Source: Desulfatiglandales bacterium
GTDB taxonomy: Bacteria; Desulfobacterota; DSM-4660; Desulfatiglandales; HGW-15
DNA length: 64,000 nt
Direction: 5' to 3'
Assembly: GCA_963667015.2 (NCBI GenBank)
Contig: CAXXJJ010000001.1
Span: forward strand, 1 to 64,000
Below, one piece after another: positions 1-9,496 of the stretch. A program made the position numbers and the translations under genes. Positions within the stretch are counted from its first letter, which is position 1, and each line of letters starts with the position of its first letter. Under the pieces are notes generated by a model. It searched no databases. It had not been told where the DNA came from and saw only the letters and a program-made list of their open reading frames with translations.

Positions 1-75
1 AAAGCGTCCCTCTATGCATACCAGTCCATTTTAATCTAAAGTCGTTTTTTCACCTTGATAACAAGGGAGGAAACG

Positions 76-486
76 ATGCATGAGGAGAAGGTTTTAAAGA
101 AGCGACCGTGCAGGATCTGTAGGCGCTGGTTTGTGCCGAACCCAAGGTTGAAAGACCGTCAAATGACCTGTGGTGACCCTGGATGTAAGAAGGAATGGCA
201 TAGAAGGAAGTGTAGAGAGTGGAACAGGAAAAACACCGACTATTTTAGATCCAATTACCTTCAAAAGAAACTCAGTGCAGCTTGTCAGTCCGGAACTTCT
301 CCTTTGTTACAGCCGAAGACCCGGTTAAAGTCCGGACTACCCCATTTGTTAGTTCAAGAGGTGATAAGCATTCAACATCTTATAATCGTTGAGTATTTCG
401 GACAACTACTCTTCAGACGATTTCAAGAGGTGTTAAGACGTCAACCGGTTGTTATAACAAGGAAAATAGAACGACTTCCCCCTTAG
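76..486 (+). CDS. Cys-rich (zinc-ribbon-like) small basic protein, mobile-element accessory gene
   Basis: ATG at 76 preceded by GGGAGG (65-70); CRIC...C..P.C motif; lies directly upstream of the recombinase trio. Confidence 0.65.
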   Translation: MHEEKVLKKRPCRICRRWFVPNPRLKDRQMTCGDPGCKKEWHRRKCREWNRKNTDYFRSNYLQKKLSAACQSGTSPLLQPKTRLKSGLPHLLVQEVISIQHLIIVEYFGQLLFRRFQEVLRRQPVVITRKIERLPP

Positions 487-558
487 ATGCTTTCAAGATG
501 TGATCGACTCTTTCCGGGATTTGCAGATATATTTACCTGTAAAACTCAGGAGTTGACC

Positions 559-960
559 ATGATAAAGAAAAAGATTCTCAATCCGAATCGGATCAGACAT
601 ATTGAAGGAGGTTTCGGTTTTTTACCTCACCGACTTCTGACTGATGAGTTTCTTGCATCCCTGGAACAGGTAGAGATCCTGTTATACTCCTTCCTCATAC
701 TTGCTGCAGATAGATATGGGTTATCTTTCTACTCCTATGATGCCATTTGTTCTTTGCTCCGGCTTTCTATGGATGAGTATATTGAAGCCCGGGATGGGCT
801 CTTAAAGAAAGATTTAATTGCCTTTGACGGAACACTTTATCAGGTACTTTCCCTGCCTCCGAAACCATTATGGGAAAAAACTTCACATAAAAGCCAGAGT
901 AATCCCGGGATCAGCGGGCTGATACAGGAATCACTTTTGGAGGTTCAAAGTGATCCTTGA
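559..960 (+). CDS. Winged-helix/HTH-type accessory protein of a mobile element
   Basis: ATG at 559 after CAGGAG; GGFGFLPHR...LYSFLILAADRYGLSFYSYDAICSLL resembles HTH proteins found beside transposases; overlaps the start of the next gene. Confidence 0.6.
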   Translation: MIKKKILNPNRIRHIEGGFGFLPHRLLTDEFLASLEQVEILLYSFLILAADRYGLSFYSYDAICSLLRLSMDEYIEARDGLLKKDLIAFDGTLYQVLSLPPKPLWEKTSHKSQSNPGISGLIQESLLEVQSDP

Positions 961-2128
961 AGACAGCCGGAGATTAATGGACTCGATCCGGGATTATATG
1001 CATTGGGTCAAATCAATTGAGAAGGAAAAGGGGAGCAGATCCCATAAGCGTTACAAGCATATCCTGATCGACTTTCTCTTCTATGTAATCCATAAAGATA
1101 TAATATGGGAAAACATATTTACTAATGGTACTGCAGAAGCCTTTCAAATATATAGCGGTTATAAGAATGCCTATTCTGCACTTAGGTCGTTATCAGACTA
1201 TCTTTTCAGCCGGGGAGTTATCGATCATACCCTGAATCAAAAAAATGCTGCGCCACCTTTACCGGATATTTATGAAGAATACCTCCTTCATCACTCTCAA
1301 TCTCTTGACAGTTCTCCTACACACATCAAACGGATCAGGAGGGTTTTAAGACCATTCCATGAGTATCTGGAAAAAAATGCCATCTCCCTTTCAAAACTCA
1401 AAATCGAACATTGTGATGCCTTCATGGCAACATTCAAGGTGTCGGACTATAGCCGCAGGCTCTATCGTTATTGCCTCAGAGGTTTTTTAAAGCATCTCTA
1501 TCATGAAAAGAAGATTATCAAAAGGGATCTGGCCTCGTTTCTTGTCGGCCCTCCTCAGTTTGCCCAGAAAAGGCTGCCAAGGTTTTTACGTCCAAAGCAG
1601 GTAAAAGAACTCTTTGCCTCCCTGGAGCTTTCCACACCCACACAAATGAGAACCTATGCCCTGATACACATAGCTTACTCCCTGGGGCTCAGGCCTGCGG
1701 AGATCAGTAAGATTACGTTAGATGATATCTCTTTCCAGCAGAAAGAACTCACCCTCAAGGAAAGAAAAGGAGGGGATGTCATCATCCTGCCTGTACCTGA
1801 AGACACCATTAAGGCTATTGCTCTTTATGTCAGTAAGGGAAGACCTCATGGATCATCAAAATATCTGTTTCTTAATCATCACTTTCCCTTTCATCCTATG
1901 AAAGCCAATAACGTTGTGGGGTCTATAGCAAGGGCCATGAAACAGGCCGGGCTCTCTTCATCTGCATACTGGCTCAGGCATACTTATGCACAGAACCTTC
2001 TCCATATGGGCCAATCCATTTATGAGGTGAAAGAAATGATGGGCCACCAGAACATACAGTCAACTCACAGATATCTTCATATCAGCACAGAGTTTATGAG
2101 AAAGGTTATCTTTAATGAAGAACTTTGA
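950..2128 (+). CDS. Tyrosine recombinase (RIT element, first recombinase)
   Basis: GLRPAEI, YWLRHT, GHQNIQSTHRY (R..RH..H..Y catalytic pattern, with HxxR as YxxR). Confidence 0.9.
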   Translation: MILEDSRRLMDSIRDYMHWVKSIEKEKGSRSHKRYKHILIDFLFYVIHKDIIWENIFTNGTAEAFQIYSGYKNAYSALRSLSDYLFSRGVIDHTLNQKNAAPPLPDIYEEYLLHHSQSLDSSPTHIKRIRRVLRPFHEYLEKNAISLSKLKIEHCDAFMATFKVSDYSRRLYRYCLRGFLKHLYHEKKIIKRDLASFLVGPPQFAQKRLPRFLRPKQVKELFASLELSTPTQMRTYALIHIAYSLGLRPAEISKITLDDISFQQKELTLKERKGGDVIILPVPEDTIKAIALYVSKGRPHGSSKYLFLNHHFPFHPMKANNVVGSIARAMKQAGLSSSAYWLRHTYAQNLLHMGQSIYEVKEMMGHQNIQSTHRYLHISTEFMRKVIFNEEL

Positions 2129-3089
2129 AAGTTTTCTTGCTCCGCAACTAAATGATTATCTTGCTTATCGTCAAGGCCTGGGATACAGCATAAAATTATC
2201 CCGGGCTAATCTTCTGGTCCTTGATCGATATTTAAAAGAGACAAACGCTGACTGGCATTCTCTTCACTCTTTCTACTTTCTTGAGATGAGAGCCAGCCTG
2301 GAGTTAGAGCCACGTGGTGTCAACAGTGTATTCTCCTCAGTTAGAGTCTTTTTAAATTACCTCTTACGACAGGAGTACCTGGTTGAAAATCCCATTCAGG
2401 ACATTCCCCCTCTTAAGGAGAACAGCATCATTCCTTTTGTTTTCTCCTGTGAGCAAACCGATCAATTACTAAATGCCGCATGTAATAGATTAAGAAAAAA
2501 AAATCAGTATTTTCTGGCAGACCTTGCGGAATACCTTGTTATTCTTTTATTGGCACGATGCGGTATGAGGATATCAGAACCACTGAAACTTATGAGACAT
2601 CATTACAACAGGGATGACGCTACCCTGTATATTAAAAAGACCAAGTTTAAGAAACAGAGGTTGATCCCCATACCAGGTACTGTAAAATCGGAGATAGAAA
2701 ACTATCTTGCTGTGCGCGGGCATGCATGCCCCAATGATGAGAATCCATATCTACTTGCAGGGAAAGGCCTCAAAGCCATAAGAGACTATCGTATACGCAA
2801 TTTATTCCATAAAGCCGTAGAAGATATCGGGCTTGACCAGCCAAGAAAAATCATAGGCAATGTGAACTTCAGTCAGCCCACACCTCATAGCCTCAGACAC
2901 AGTTTCGCAGTAAATACCCTGCTGAACGTTAAAAAACGAGGACAATCTCCGCAGAATGCCCTTCCGGTGCTTGCTGCTTATATGGGCCATGCGGAATACA
3001 AATACACCAGTGTTTATCTCAGGGTCATGGATGCGATCAGCCGTAAAAATCTGGTGGATTTTTCTTTATGGCAGAAGAGGAAGGAATGA
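2115..3089 (+). CDS. Tyrosine recombinase (RIT element, second recombinase)
   Basis: CGMRISE, HSLRHSFAV, LAAYMGH...TSVY; overlaps both neighbours. Confidence 0.92.
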   Translation: MKNFESFLAPQLNDYLAYRQGLGYSIKLSRANLLVLDRYLKETNADWHSLHSFYFLEMRASLELEPRGVNSVFSSVRVFLNYLLRQEYLVENPIQDIPPLKENSIIPFVFSCEQTDQLLNAACNRLRKKNQYFLADLAEYLVILLLARCGMRISEPLKLMRHHYNRDDATLYIKKTKFKKQRLIPIPGTVKSEIENYLAVRGHACPNDENPYLLAGKGLKAIRDYRIRNLFHKAVEDIGLDQPRKIIGNVNFSQPTPHSLRHSFAVNTLLNVKKRGQSPQNALPVLAAYMGHAEYKYTSVYLRVMDAISRKNLVDFSLWQKRKE

Positions 3090-4105
3090 AGATATCTACT
3101 GCTGTCCATAAGTTCTTTGAACAATACCTTCCCCACATCAAGGGAGTAAGTCATAATACTGTCAAATCCTACCGTGATACCTTCAGACTTTTTCTGCCTT
3201 TTATTGCAAAATATTATGACAATAAAATAAGCTCTCTCAAGGTGGAGCATATCTCGTCTGAGATAATTATTGCATTCCTGAACGAGCTGCAGGTTGAGCG
3301 TAATAATATTGCAAAGACCCGGAATCAAAGACTGGCTGCCATTAAGTCCTTTGCTAAAATGATCCGGTTTATGAGTCCTGAATACAGGGAACTGGCTGAC
3401 AGGATACTCAATATCCCCCAGAAGCGTACTCGGAAAACTCTGGTAGGCTTTCTCTATCAGGATGAGATACTAAAGGTCTTTCAATGTGTAGATATCAAGA
3501 GGAGAGACGGCTTTCGGGATTATACCCTGCTTCATCTTCTCTATGACTCAGGGGCAAGAGCGAGTGAGATTACAGCCCTTAATATCGATTACTTCGATCC
3601 TGACCATAATACACTTGCCATCCTGGGAAAGGGAGATCGTTTCCGTATTATCCCCCTTGAAAAAAGAACATCACAGCTCATGCAGCTTTATATAAAAAAA
3701 TATCGTGTAGAGCCGAAAGCGCAATACAAACACCGTATCTTTATCAATCAAAGAAGAGAAGAGCTTACAAGGCATGGTATTTATCGTCTCTGTAAAAAAT
3801 ACCTTTCTATGGCCATTCCTGAAAAACGACTGAAGTACATCAATCCCGCTCACAGTTTCCGTCATTCCAGGGCAGTGGATCTCCTTTACCGTGGTGAATC
3901 CATCACGGATATCAAAAACCGTTTAGGGCATGACAACATCCAGTCAACAACTATTTATCTCCATCTCGATCTCAAACATAAGCGCGAGATACAAAAGCAT
4001 TTTATCAGATATATGAAATCGGTAATCATATCCGATTCAAAAATACAAGACCTACTTCAATGGGAGAGTGACAAAGATATGATGGCATGGCTTGATAGTT
4101 TATAG
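3086..4105 (+). CDS. Tyrosine recombinase (RIT element, third recombinase)
   Basis: ATGA overlap at 3086-3089; TRNQRLAAIKSF, SGARASE, HSFRHS, LGHDNIQSTTIY. Confidence 0.92.
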   Translation: MKISTAVHKFFEQYLPHIKGVSHNTVKSYRDTFRLFLPFIAKYYDNKISSLKVEHISSEIIIAFLNELQVERNNIAKTRNQRLAAIKSFAKMIRFMSPEYRELADRILNIPQKRTRKTLVGFLYQDEILKVFQCVDIKRRDGFRDYTLLHLLYDSGARASEITALNIDYFDPDHNTLAILGKGDRFRIIPLEKRTSQLMQLYIKKYRVEPKAQYKHRIFINQRREELTRHGIYRLCKKYLSMAIPEKRLKYINPAHSFRHSRAVDLLYRGESITDIKNRLGHDNIQSTTIYLHLDLKHKREIQKHFIRYMKSVIISDSKIQDLLQWESDKDMMAWLDSL

Positions 4106-4158
4106 ACCGGGAGAACATCCTGCCGGTTAAAGGAATAAGTATAATAGGCGGAATATTA

Positions 4159-4292
4159 TTATGTTATCAGTTCTATCTCTGTCATCATCAAAAAGCAGGA
4201 TAACTCATTGCTTTTTATGGTTATTTGAAATATCCAAAGACTTGTTCTGATAACTTCCTTTTTTCAATGGGTTAAGTGAACTCGCAACATAA
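4159..4292. repeat. Nested imperfect inverted repeats, candidate recombinase binding/terminal site
   Basis: TTATGTTATCAGTTC (4159-4173) vs reverse complement of 4278-4292 TTATGTTGCGAGTTC (12/15); TAACTCATTG (4201-4210) vs reverse complement of 4265-4274 TAACCCATTG (9/10). Confidence 0.6.
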
Positions 4293-4501
4293 GGCAAGAT
4301 ATCTGTAGCCAGGGTGGTGGATTGTTTTGGATAACCCAACACCCTGATTCTCAACTCTCACTTTAAAGCGTCACAGTCAAGGGCTGAGCTCGTGTTTGTC
4401 CGTAAGCGACTAAAAGGGAGCGTCCAAGATATGTCATGGCTGCACCCGGAGGAAGTGGAAGTCCGAAGGGCTGGAATCCAAGGATGCAGACAATCTGCCT
4501 C

Positions 4502-4831
4502 TTATTTTATTGCATAAGCCTTGTCATGAGGTCCGACAGTTAAGAAAACAACTGTCTTACTGTCCAGGCCCTCACAAAAGCAATACTCACATTCCGGTAT
4601 GTTCCTGCATTCTTCGCAGATCACAAAAATAATCCGGAAGTTTCTGTCAACCCGTGCACTTCGTAGGCCTCTCAGGTTAAGCTTTCCGCTGGCGTCTGTA
4701 AGGGCTTCGGTGTTCTGGTATGGATCGGATAAAACTCTTTCAACATGGCGTTTAATATTTTTTCGTATTGAACTGTACCGGCGTAAATTACTGACAAATT
4801 TATCTTCATAAACAGCGTTATAATCAGTCAC
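4502..4831 (-). CDS. RelE/ParE-superfamily toxin with a Cys-rich insertion
   Basis: GTG start overlapping the upstream gene's end; LRSARVDRNFRIIF and C-terminal FLTVGPHDKAY typical of RelE-fold toxins. Confidence 0.75.
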   Translation of the reverse strand: MTDYNAVYEDKFVSNLRRYSSIRKNIKRHVERVLSDPYQNTEALTDASGKLNLRGLRSARVDRNFRIIFVICEECRNIPECEYCFCEGLDSKTVVFLTVGPHDKAYAIK

Positions 4832-5048
4832 CCCATACCTCTTCATGAGAATGCAGACTGATATTATCCTGTGCTTTGCGCTGGCTTATATCTTCCATAT
4901 CATCATAAAGGGGCATATCCGGTGTAAGCTGAAAAATCTCCGGATTCTTTTTTAATATATTTAACAGCTCTTCCCTGACAACCCGCCTGATCATGGGTTC
5001 CAGAGTACTGGCAAGATCTTTTGTATTTATTTTTTCGGTTTGAGACAT
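4824..5048 (-). CDS. Putative antitoxin
   Basis: 74-aa protein with acidic C-terminal half ending HSHEEVWGD, upstream of and overlapping the toxin; AAGGGGG RBS. Confidence 0.7.
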   Translation of the reverse strand: MSQTEKINTKDLASTLEPMIRRVVREELLNILKKNPEIFQLTPDMPLYDDMEDISQRKAQDNISLHSHEEVWGD

Positions 5049-5062
5049 AGTATCCCCCTTTA

Positions 5063-5209
5063 TTAACCCTGGGCGTTCTGTTTTAGTTGTTCCTTTTCAA
5101 TGAATGTATCCAGTAACTGTATAATTTGCCTTTTTTCTTTGATGTCCAGTTTTTCTATATAATTAAAACGTCTCCATAGACGCATATCCTTCTTTTTCCT
5201 GCTTCTCAT
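5063..5209 (-). CDS. 48-aa ORF resembling the C-terminal helices of XRE-family regulators (possible remnant)
   Basis: Hand translation MRSRKKKDMRLWRRFNYIEKLDIKEKRQIIQLLDTFIEKEQLKQNAQG*; below the ORF-track cutoff. Confidence 0.4.
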   Translation of the reverse strand: MRSRKKKDMRLWRRFNYIEKLDIKEKRQIIQLLDTFIEKEQLKQNAQG

Positions 5210-5260
5210 AAAAAGATTTTATCACCGATTTTCATTTTGTCACCCAAAAATAATAAAGAC

Positions 5261-6353
5261 ATGGGGACGCCCATAAGATCATAAGTTGAACATATTACAG
5301 CTTAAGATTCATTTCTTTAATAAGTTTTTCTCCTCTTTCAACTGCCTGACTTACCGCTGGCTGTGAAATACCTATCTTTCTCGCAAGATTTGTTGCGCTC
5401 TCGCCAAGTTCACGAACCGCCCAGTAACAGAAAATACTTCTTGCCATTACTCTTTTCTTGTACTTACCTGGAGAATAGATCTCTTCAGGATCTACATTTA
5501 ATATCTCAGCAACTTTTTCGCAAAGGGTTTCAAGAGTATATCCTTGTGCTGCCAGCTCATATCTTCGTTCAAATTTCTCCTGAGTTTCTTTCAGAACTTC
5601 AAGAACATAGTCATTATCCCCGAGTATCCTTTCATCGCTTTTCATCCGAATATCCGATTTTTGAAGCTTTCTTACTTCAGCCCAGCCGCCCAGACTTCGT
5701 ATAAGACCTCCTCCTGTAAGATCCGGTCTTTTCCCAATTTCTATACCTTTACTAACGTGCTCAAGATACCTTTTTATAGAGGTCTTTTGCCTTTTAGCAA
5801 ATAATCTCAAAACATAATCAACGTCCTGCCAGTCATTTTTATTATTCCCTAAAATGTAGCTGTGTCCACAGTATTTGTATTGGCCAAGTTTATCATAATC
5901 TTTTATTAAATCTGCCCTCAGAGGATTAAGATGTATATATCTTACAAGTTCAAGAAGGTATGGATCTTCCTGACACAAAATAGATTTATACCTGTTTTGA
6001 AAAAGTTTCCCGTAACGTTTGTGTCTTCGATTGAATTTAACTGCATACCCTGTGAGCAACCTTCTCATTACTTGAGCTACTGGCACTAGACCAGTTCGTA
6101 ATAACAGGTGAACATGGTTTGACATCAAAGCAAAAGCATAACATGGGGTTGATGTATCAGATAGTATATTTCCAAGACGTTCAATAAAATCATCACGGTC
6201 TTTATTGTCCTTAAAAATATTCTTCCCCTCAATCCCTCTGATCATAATGTGATGCAGGGCTCCGGGGGTATCTATTCTGGATTGTCTGGGCATCGGATAA
6301 GGTTAAATAATATCAATTCTGTTGTCAACTTATAATCTTATGGGCGTCCCCAT
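5261..6353. mobile_element. Y1-transposase unit bounded by 29-bp terminal inverted repeats
   Basis: 5261-5289 ATGGGGACGCCCATAAGATCATAAGTTGA vs reverse complement of 6325-6353 ATGGGGACGCCCATAAGATTATAAGTTGA (28/29). Confidence 0.8.
5295..6293 (-). CDS. Y1/HUH transposase (IS200-like, RAYT-type) with a C-terminal HTH
   Basis: MPRQSR..HHIMIRG, MSNHVHLL (HUH), LFQNRYKS, RYIHLNP (catalytic Tyr); C-terminal LARKIGISQPAVS helix-turn-helix. Confidence 0.9.
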   Translation of the reverse strand: MPRQSRIDTPGALHHIMIRGIEGKNIFKDNKDRDDFIERLGNILSDTSTPCYAFALMSNHVHLLLRTGLVPVAQVMRRLLTGYAVKFNRRHKRYGKLFQNRYKSILCQEDPYLLELVRYIHLNPLRADLIKDYDKLGQYKYCGHSYILGNNKNDWQDVDYVLRLFAKRQKTSIKRYLEHVSKGIEIGKRPDLTGGGLIRSLGGWAEVRKLQKSDIRMKSDERILGDNDYVLEVLKETQEKFERRYELAAQGYTLETLCEKVAEILNVDPEEIYSPGKYKKRVMARSIFCYWAVRELGESATNLARKIGISQPAVSQAVERGEKLIKEMNLKL

Positions 6354-6396
6354 TTACACATAGCAGGTTTGAAGAAGAGGGGCAAAATCCGAATTA

Positions 6397-7689
6397 TTAA
6401 TGAATGACCTCTTCCATTACATAGTAAAGATCAGTGTTATCAAGCGCCTTGCCCAGCTTTTCACTTCCCGGACCCTGGCTGTATATTATGGTGTCAACTG
6501 CTGTATGGTTACCGCTGGTCCAGCCGTCTTCCACGATGTCTCCGGCCTCCGAAAGAAAACCGTAGGGACCATTAACTGCAAAACCGCCTGTTTCATGGTC
6601 AGCTACAACTATAATAAGAGTATCATTTTTGCGTGATGGTTTTTCATCTATCCAGTCAAGCACAACTTTAACTGCCTCGTCAAAACCAAGGGATTCGGCA
6701 ATCTGTCCTTCTACATCTCCATCGTGGTCTTCCCAGTCCACCTGGCTGCCTTCCACCATAAGAAAAAGACCGTCCCTGTCTTTTTCAAGAATATCCAGTG
6801 CAGCGGAGGTCATTTCTGCAAGTGTGGGCTCTCCGTCAGGATATTCAACTGAGGGATCAACTCTGAACAACTCAACGCTTTTGCCTTCGCCTTCACCCAG
6901 CTGTTCAAACATACCCAGAATTTTTTTAGTCTTTTTATTTGAGGCGGCAGTATCCATTTCGTCTTCATCGGTTATATAGGCATATCCGTTTTCAAGTGCC
7001 AGATCGATCATATACTGTCTCCTGTCAGCGGGGGTATAGGACTCTTCATAAACATCACAATAAGCTGGCGCATTTGTCTTGTATATGCCTCCGCCTAAGA
7101 TAACATCGACACCTGCATCCATAATATACTGCCTTGCTATCTCTACGCCGCAGTTTCTGGAAAATACATGCGCACCAAAGGCCGCAGGGGTTGCGTGAGA
7201 AATCTGTGATGTTGCTACCAGGCCTGTTGCCTTACCCATAGCTCCGGCCAGCTCAAGTATGGTAGGAACCTGATTGATACATTCTCCATTGTCTCCGCCA
7301 TGACAGGAAATTTCGCCGTTTAAAAATTTTTCTCCTACGGCCCATGCTGATGCGGCAGCGGCTGAATCCGTCACTGTGCTGTTCGCAGAGTGTGTTCTCT
7401 GGTATCCAATGTTATCAAGGGTTTCCTGATAAAGGGGATCACCGTCCGGACCATTCTTAAAAATGCGGGCAGCGGTTACATTTGAAAGCCCCTGTCCGTC
7501 CGGAACCATGAAAATAATATTTTTTGCCTTTTGGGGGCAGTGTTGATGTTCCTGATGAAACTTTTTAAAAAAATTAAATATTGTCCTGTGATAATTTTTA
7601 GCATTGCCTGCCATTGCCGGTGTGGTTAATAATGTTAAACCGACCGCAAAAGAAACTCCCATTGCCATAGCTTTCTTCAAGTTGCTCAT
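6397..7689 (-). CDS. phoA: Alkaline phosphatase (PhoA family), secreted
   Basis: Signal peptide ending PAMA; IIFMVPDGQG, TDSAAAASA (catalytic Ser), HATPA, VEGSQVDWEDH, ADHETGG, GNHTAVD. Confidence 0.92.
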   Translation of the reverse strand: MSNLKKAMAMGVSFAVGLTLLTTPAMAGNAKNYHRTIFNFFKKFHQEHQHCPQKAKNIIFMVPDGQGLSNVTAARIFKNGPDGDPLYQETLDNIGYQRTHSANSTVTDSAAAASAWAVGEKFLNGEISCHGGDNGECINQVPTILELAGAMGKATGLVATSQISHATPAAFGAHVFSRNCGVEIARQYIMDAGVDVILGGGIYKTNAPAYCDVYEESYTPADRRQYMIDLALENGYAYITDEDEMDTAASNKKTKKILGMFEQLGEGEGKSVELFRVDPSVEYPDGEPTLAEMTSAALDILEKDRDGLFLMVEGSQVDWEDHDGDVEGQIAESLGFDEAVKVVLDWIDEKPSRKNDTLIIVVADHETGGFAVNGPYGFLSEAGDIVEDGWTSGNHTAVDTIIYSQGPGSEKLGKALDNTDLYYVMEEVIH

Positions 7690-8379
7690 TTTGAACTCTC
7701 CTTTTTAAGAATTTCAGTTTATTGATGAGTAATGGTTTTGAAAGAAAGCTTAACGGGTATTTATTTCGTTTTAATGATAAAAGCGTTAGAAATAAATTAC
7801 TTTGCAGGCGTATTAAGGTTTGTATATCCAGGTGGTGAAAAAAAATAATTTTTAATAGGATATTTGATTACCCCGATTAAATATTCAGCTCAATCCATGC
7901 AGGATCATGATCGCTGCCATCTCCTGAATGATTTTTTCTTCTGTTAATCCATGAACCCATCTGTTTAACTGCCAGAGACGGGCTCAACCAGATCTGATCA
8001 AACAGCTCATATTCGGCCGGCAGACCGGTTGGTTTATAGCGATGGGTCCATGCTGTTGTTGCAGGCGGAGGGGCATCAGCTTTAGCCGGTCTTGTTTCAA
8101 CAGGGTTTTGTAAGGCATTAATGAGTTCAGGCTGTTGATGGATCATCGGCGCTAGCCATGGAGAGTCAGGCGGATCGTTCATGTCTCCCAGAACAATATA
8201 ACGGCTGTCGGGCCGCATACGAGCCTGAACGATTTTAGCAATTGATTCAGCCTGTTGCTTTCTGCGTTCATTTGCCTTTTGTGCGCCATCTTCCTGATCT
8301 TCTGAAAAATGAACAAAGTGACTTTTCAGGTGATTATTGTATACAGTAAAGAGCTTTTTTGTACGGGTATGGTTATATA

Positions 8380-9496
8380 TTAACCCGGCAACAAAATACT
8401 TAACAAATGGATCGTATTTTGTTATAACACGATCATGGAAAAAATAGACGCAAGGAAACTCAGCACTGATGCCCAACAACAAATTCGTAATCAAGTCATT
8501 CGACTCCGAAAACAGGGACGAACGCATAATGAGATTAGTGCCATTACAGGAGTGAGCCGATCCATTTGCAGTACATGGTGGGCTCTTTATCAAAAAGAAG
8601 GTAATAAAGCCCTTAAAATTAAAAAGCGTGGCCGTCCAAAGGGCAGTTGCCGCACGTTGACACCTGATCAGGAAAAAGAATTGCAAAAAGCTATACAAGA
8701 CAAATGCCCTGACCAAATGAAATTACCATTTGCTTTGTGGACACGCATTGCCGTACAGCAACTCATCAAACAATTGTGGAATATAGATATGCCGATCAGA
8801 ACTGTTGGCGAGTATCTGAACAGATGGAATTTTACTCCACAAAAACCACTGAAGAAAGCCTATAAACAAAATCCAAAAGCAGTCAAAGCTTGGTTGGAGA
8901 CAGAATACTCGGATATTTCCAAACGTGCAAAAAAAGAGACCGCGGAAATTCATTGGGGGGATGAGACTGGATTGTGTAACGACAGTTACCATGGAAGAAG
9001 TTACGCTCCTCGTGGTGAAACACCGGCGATTAGGCTTCATCCCAGGTGCCAGCGCGTCAACCTGATTTCCTCTGTCACCAATCAAGGTAAAGTTCGTTTT
9101 ATGGTTTATAAAAACAAGATGAATTCCCAAACGATGATCAAATTCATGGAACGATTGATCAAAGATGCTGATAAAAAAATCTTTTTGATTGTAGATAATT
9201 TGAAAGTCCATCATAGCTATATTGTCAAAGACTGGCTGAAAGAACATGAAGACAAAATTGAGTTGTTCTTTCTTCCATCATATTCACCGGAATTAAATCC
9301 TGATGAATACCTAAACTGCGACCTAAAGGTCGGTGTACATTCTGGTATTCCAGCCAGAACAAAAAAAGAACTCAAGCAAAAAGCTATTTCTCATTTGAGA
9401 AAGCTTCAAAAACTACCTGGACGTGTTAAAAAATATTTTAAACACCCTAAGATTGCTTATGCTGCTTGATAGTCTCCTATTTAATTGCCGGGTTAA
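8380..9496 (+). mobile_element. IS630-family insertion sequence
   Basis: Terminal IRs TTAACCCGGCAAcaAAATA / TTAACCCGGCAAttAAATA (17/19); TA duplicated at 8378-8379 and 9497-9498. Confidence 0.93.
8435..9469 (+). CDS. IS630-family DDE transposase
   Basis: N-terminal HTH; WGDETG, IVDNLKVH, LPSYSPELNPDE motifs. Confidence 0.95.
   Translation: MEKIDARKLSTDAQQQIRNQVIRLRKQGRTHNEISAITGVSRSICSTWWALYQKEGNKALKIKKRGRPKGSCRTLTPDQEKELQKAIQDKCPDQMKLPFALWTRIAVQQLIKQLWNIDMPIRTVGEYLNRWNFTPQKPLKKAYKQNPKAVKAWLETEYSDISKRAKKETAEIHWGDETGLCNDSYHGRSYAPRGETPAIRLHPRCQRVNLISSVTNQGKVRFMVYKNKMNSQTMIKFMERLIKDADKKIFLIVDNLKVHHSYIVKDWLKEHEDKIELFFLPSYSPELNPDEYLNCDLKVGVHSGIPARTKKELKQKAISHLRKLQKLPGRVKKYFKHPKIAYAA

Larger units (their letters stand above)
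950..4292 (+). mobile_element. RIT (recombinases-in-trio) element; left boundary uncertain and possibly outside the window
   Basis: Three overlapping co-oriented tyrosine recombinase genes followed by nested inverted repeats at 4159-4292. Confidence 0.8.

Noticed and set aside
1..4372. AAAGCGTC at 1-8 and 4365-4372 as a target-site duplication
   Set aside because: Only 8 bp, at the arbitrary window edge, and not adjacent to the IRs; compatible with chance
4300..5260. Toxin-antitoxin pair as an integron cassette
   Set aside because: No RYYYAAC...GTTRRRY attC structure after the toxin stop, and no IntI-like gene recognised
8380..8716. N-terminal part of the 279-aa ORF 7877-8716
   Set aside because: It is antisense read-through of IS630 sequence; only 7877-8379 belongs to the EEP gene
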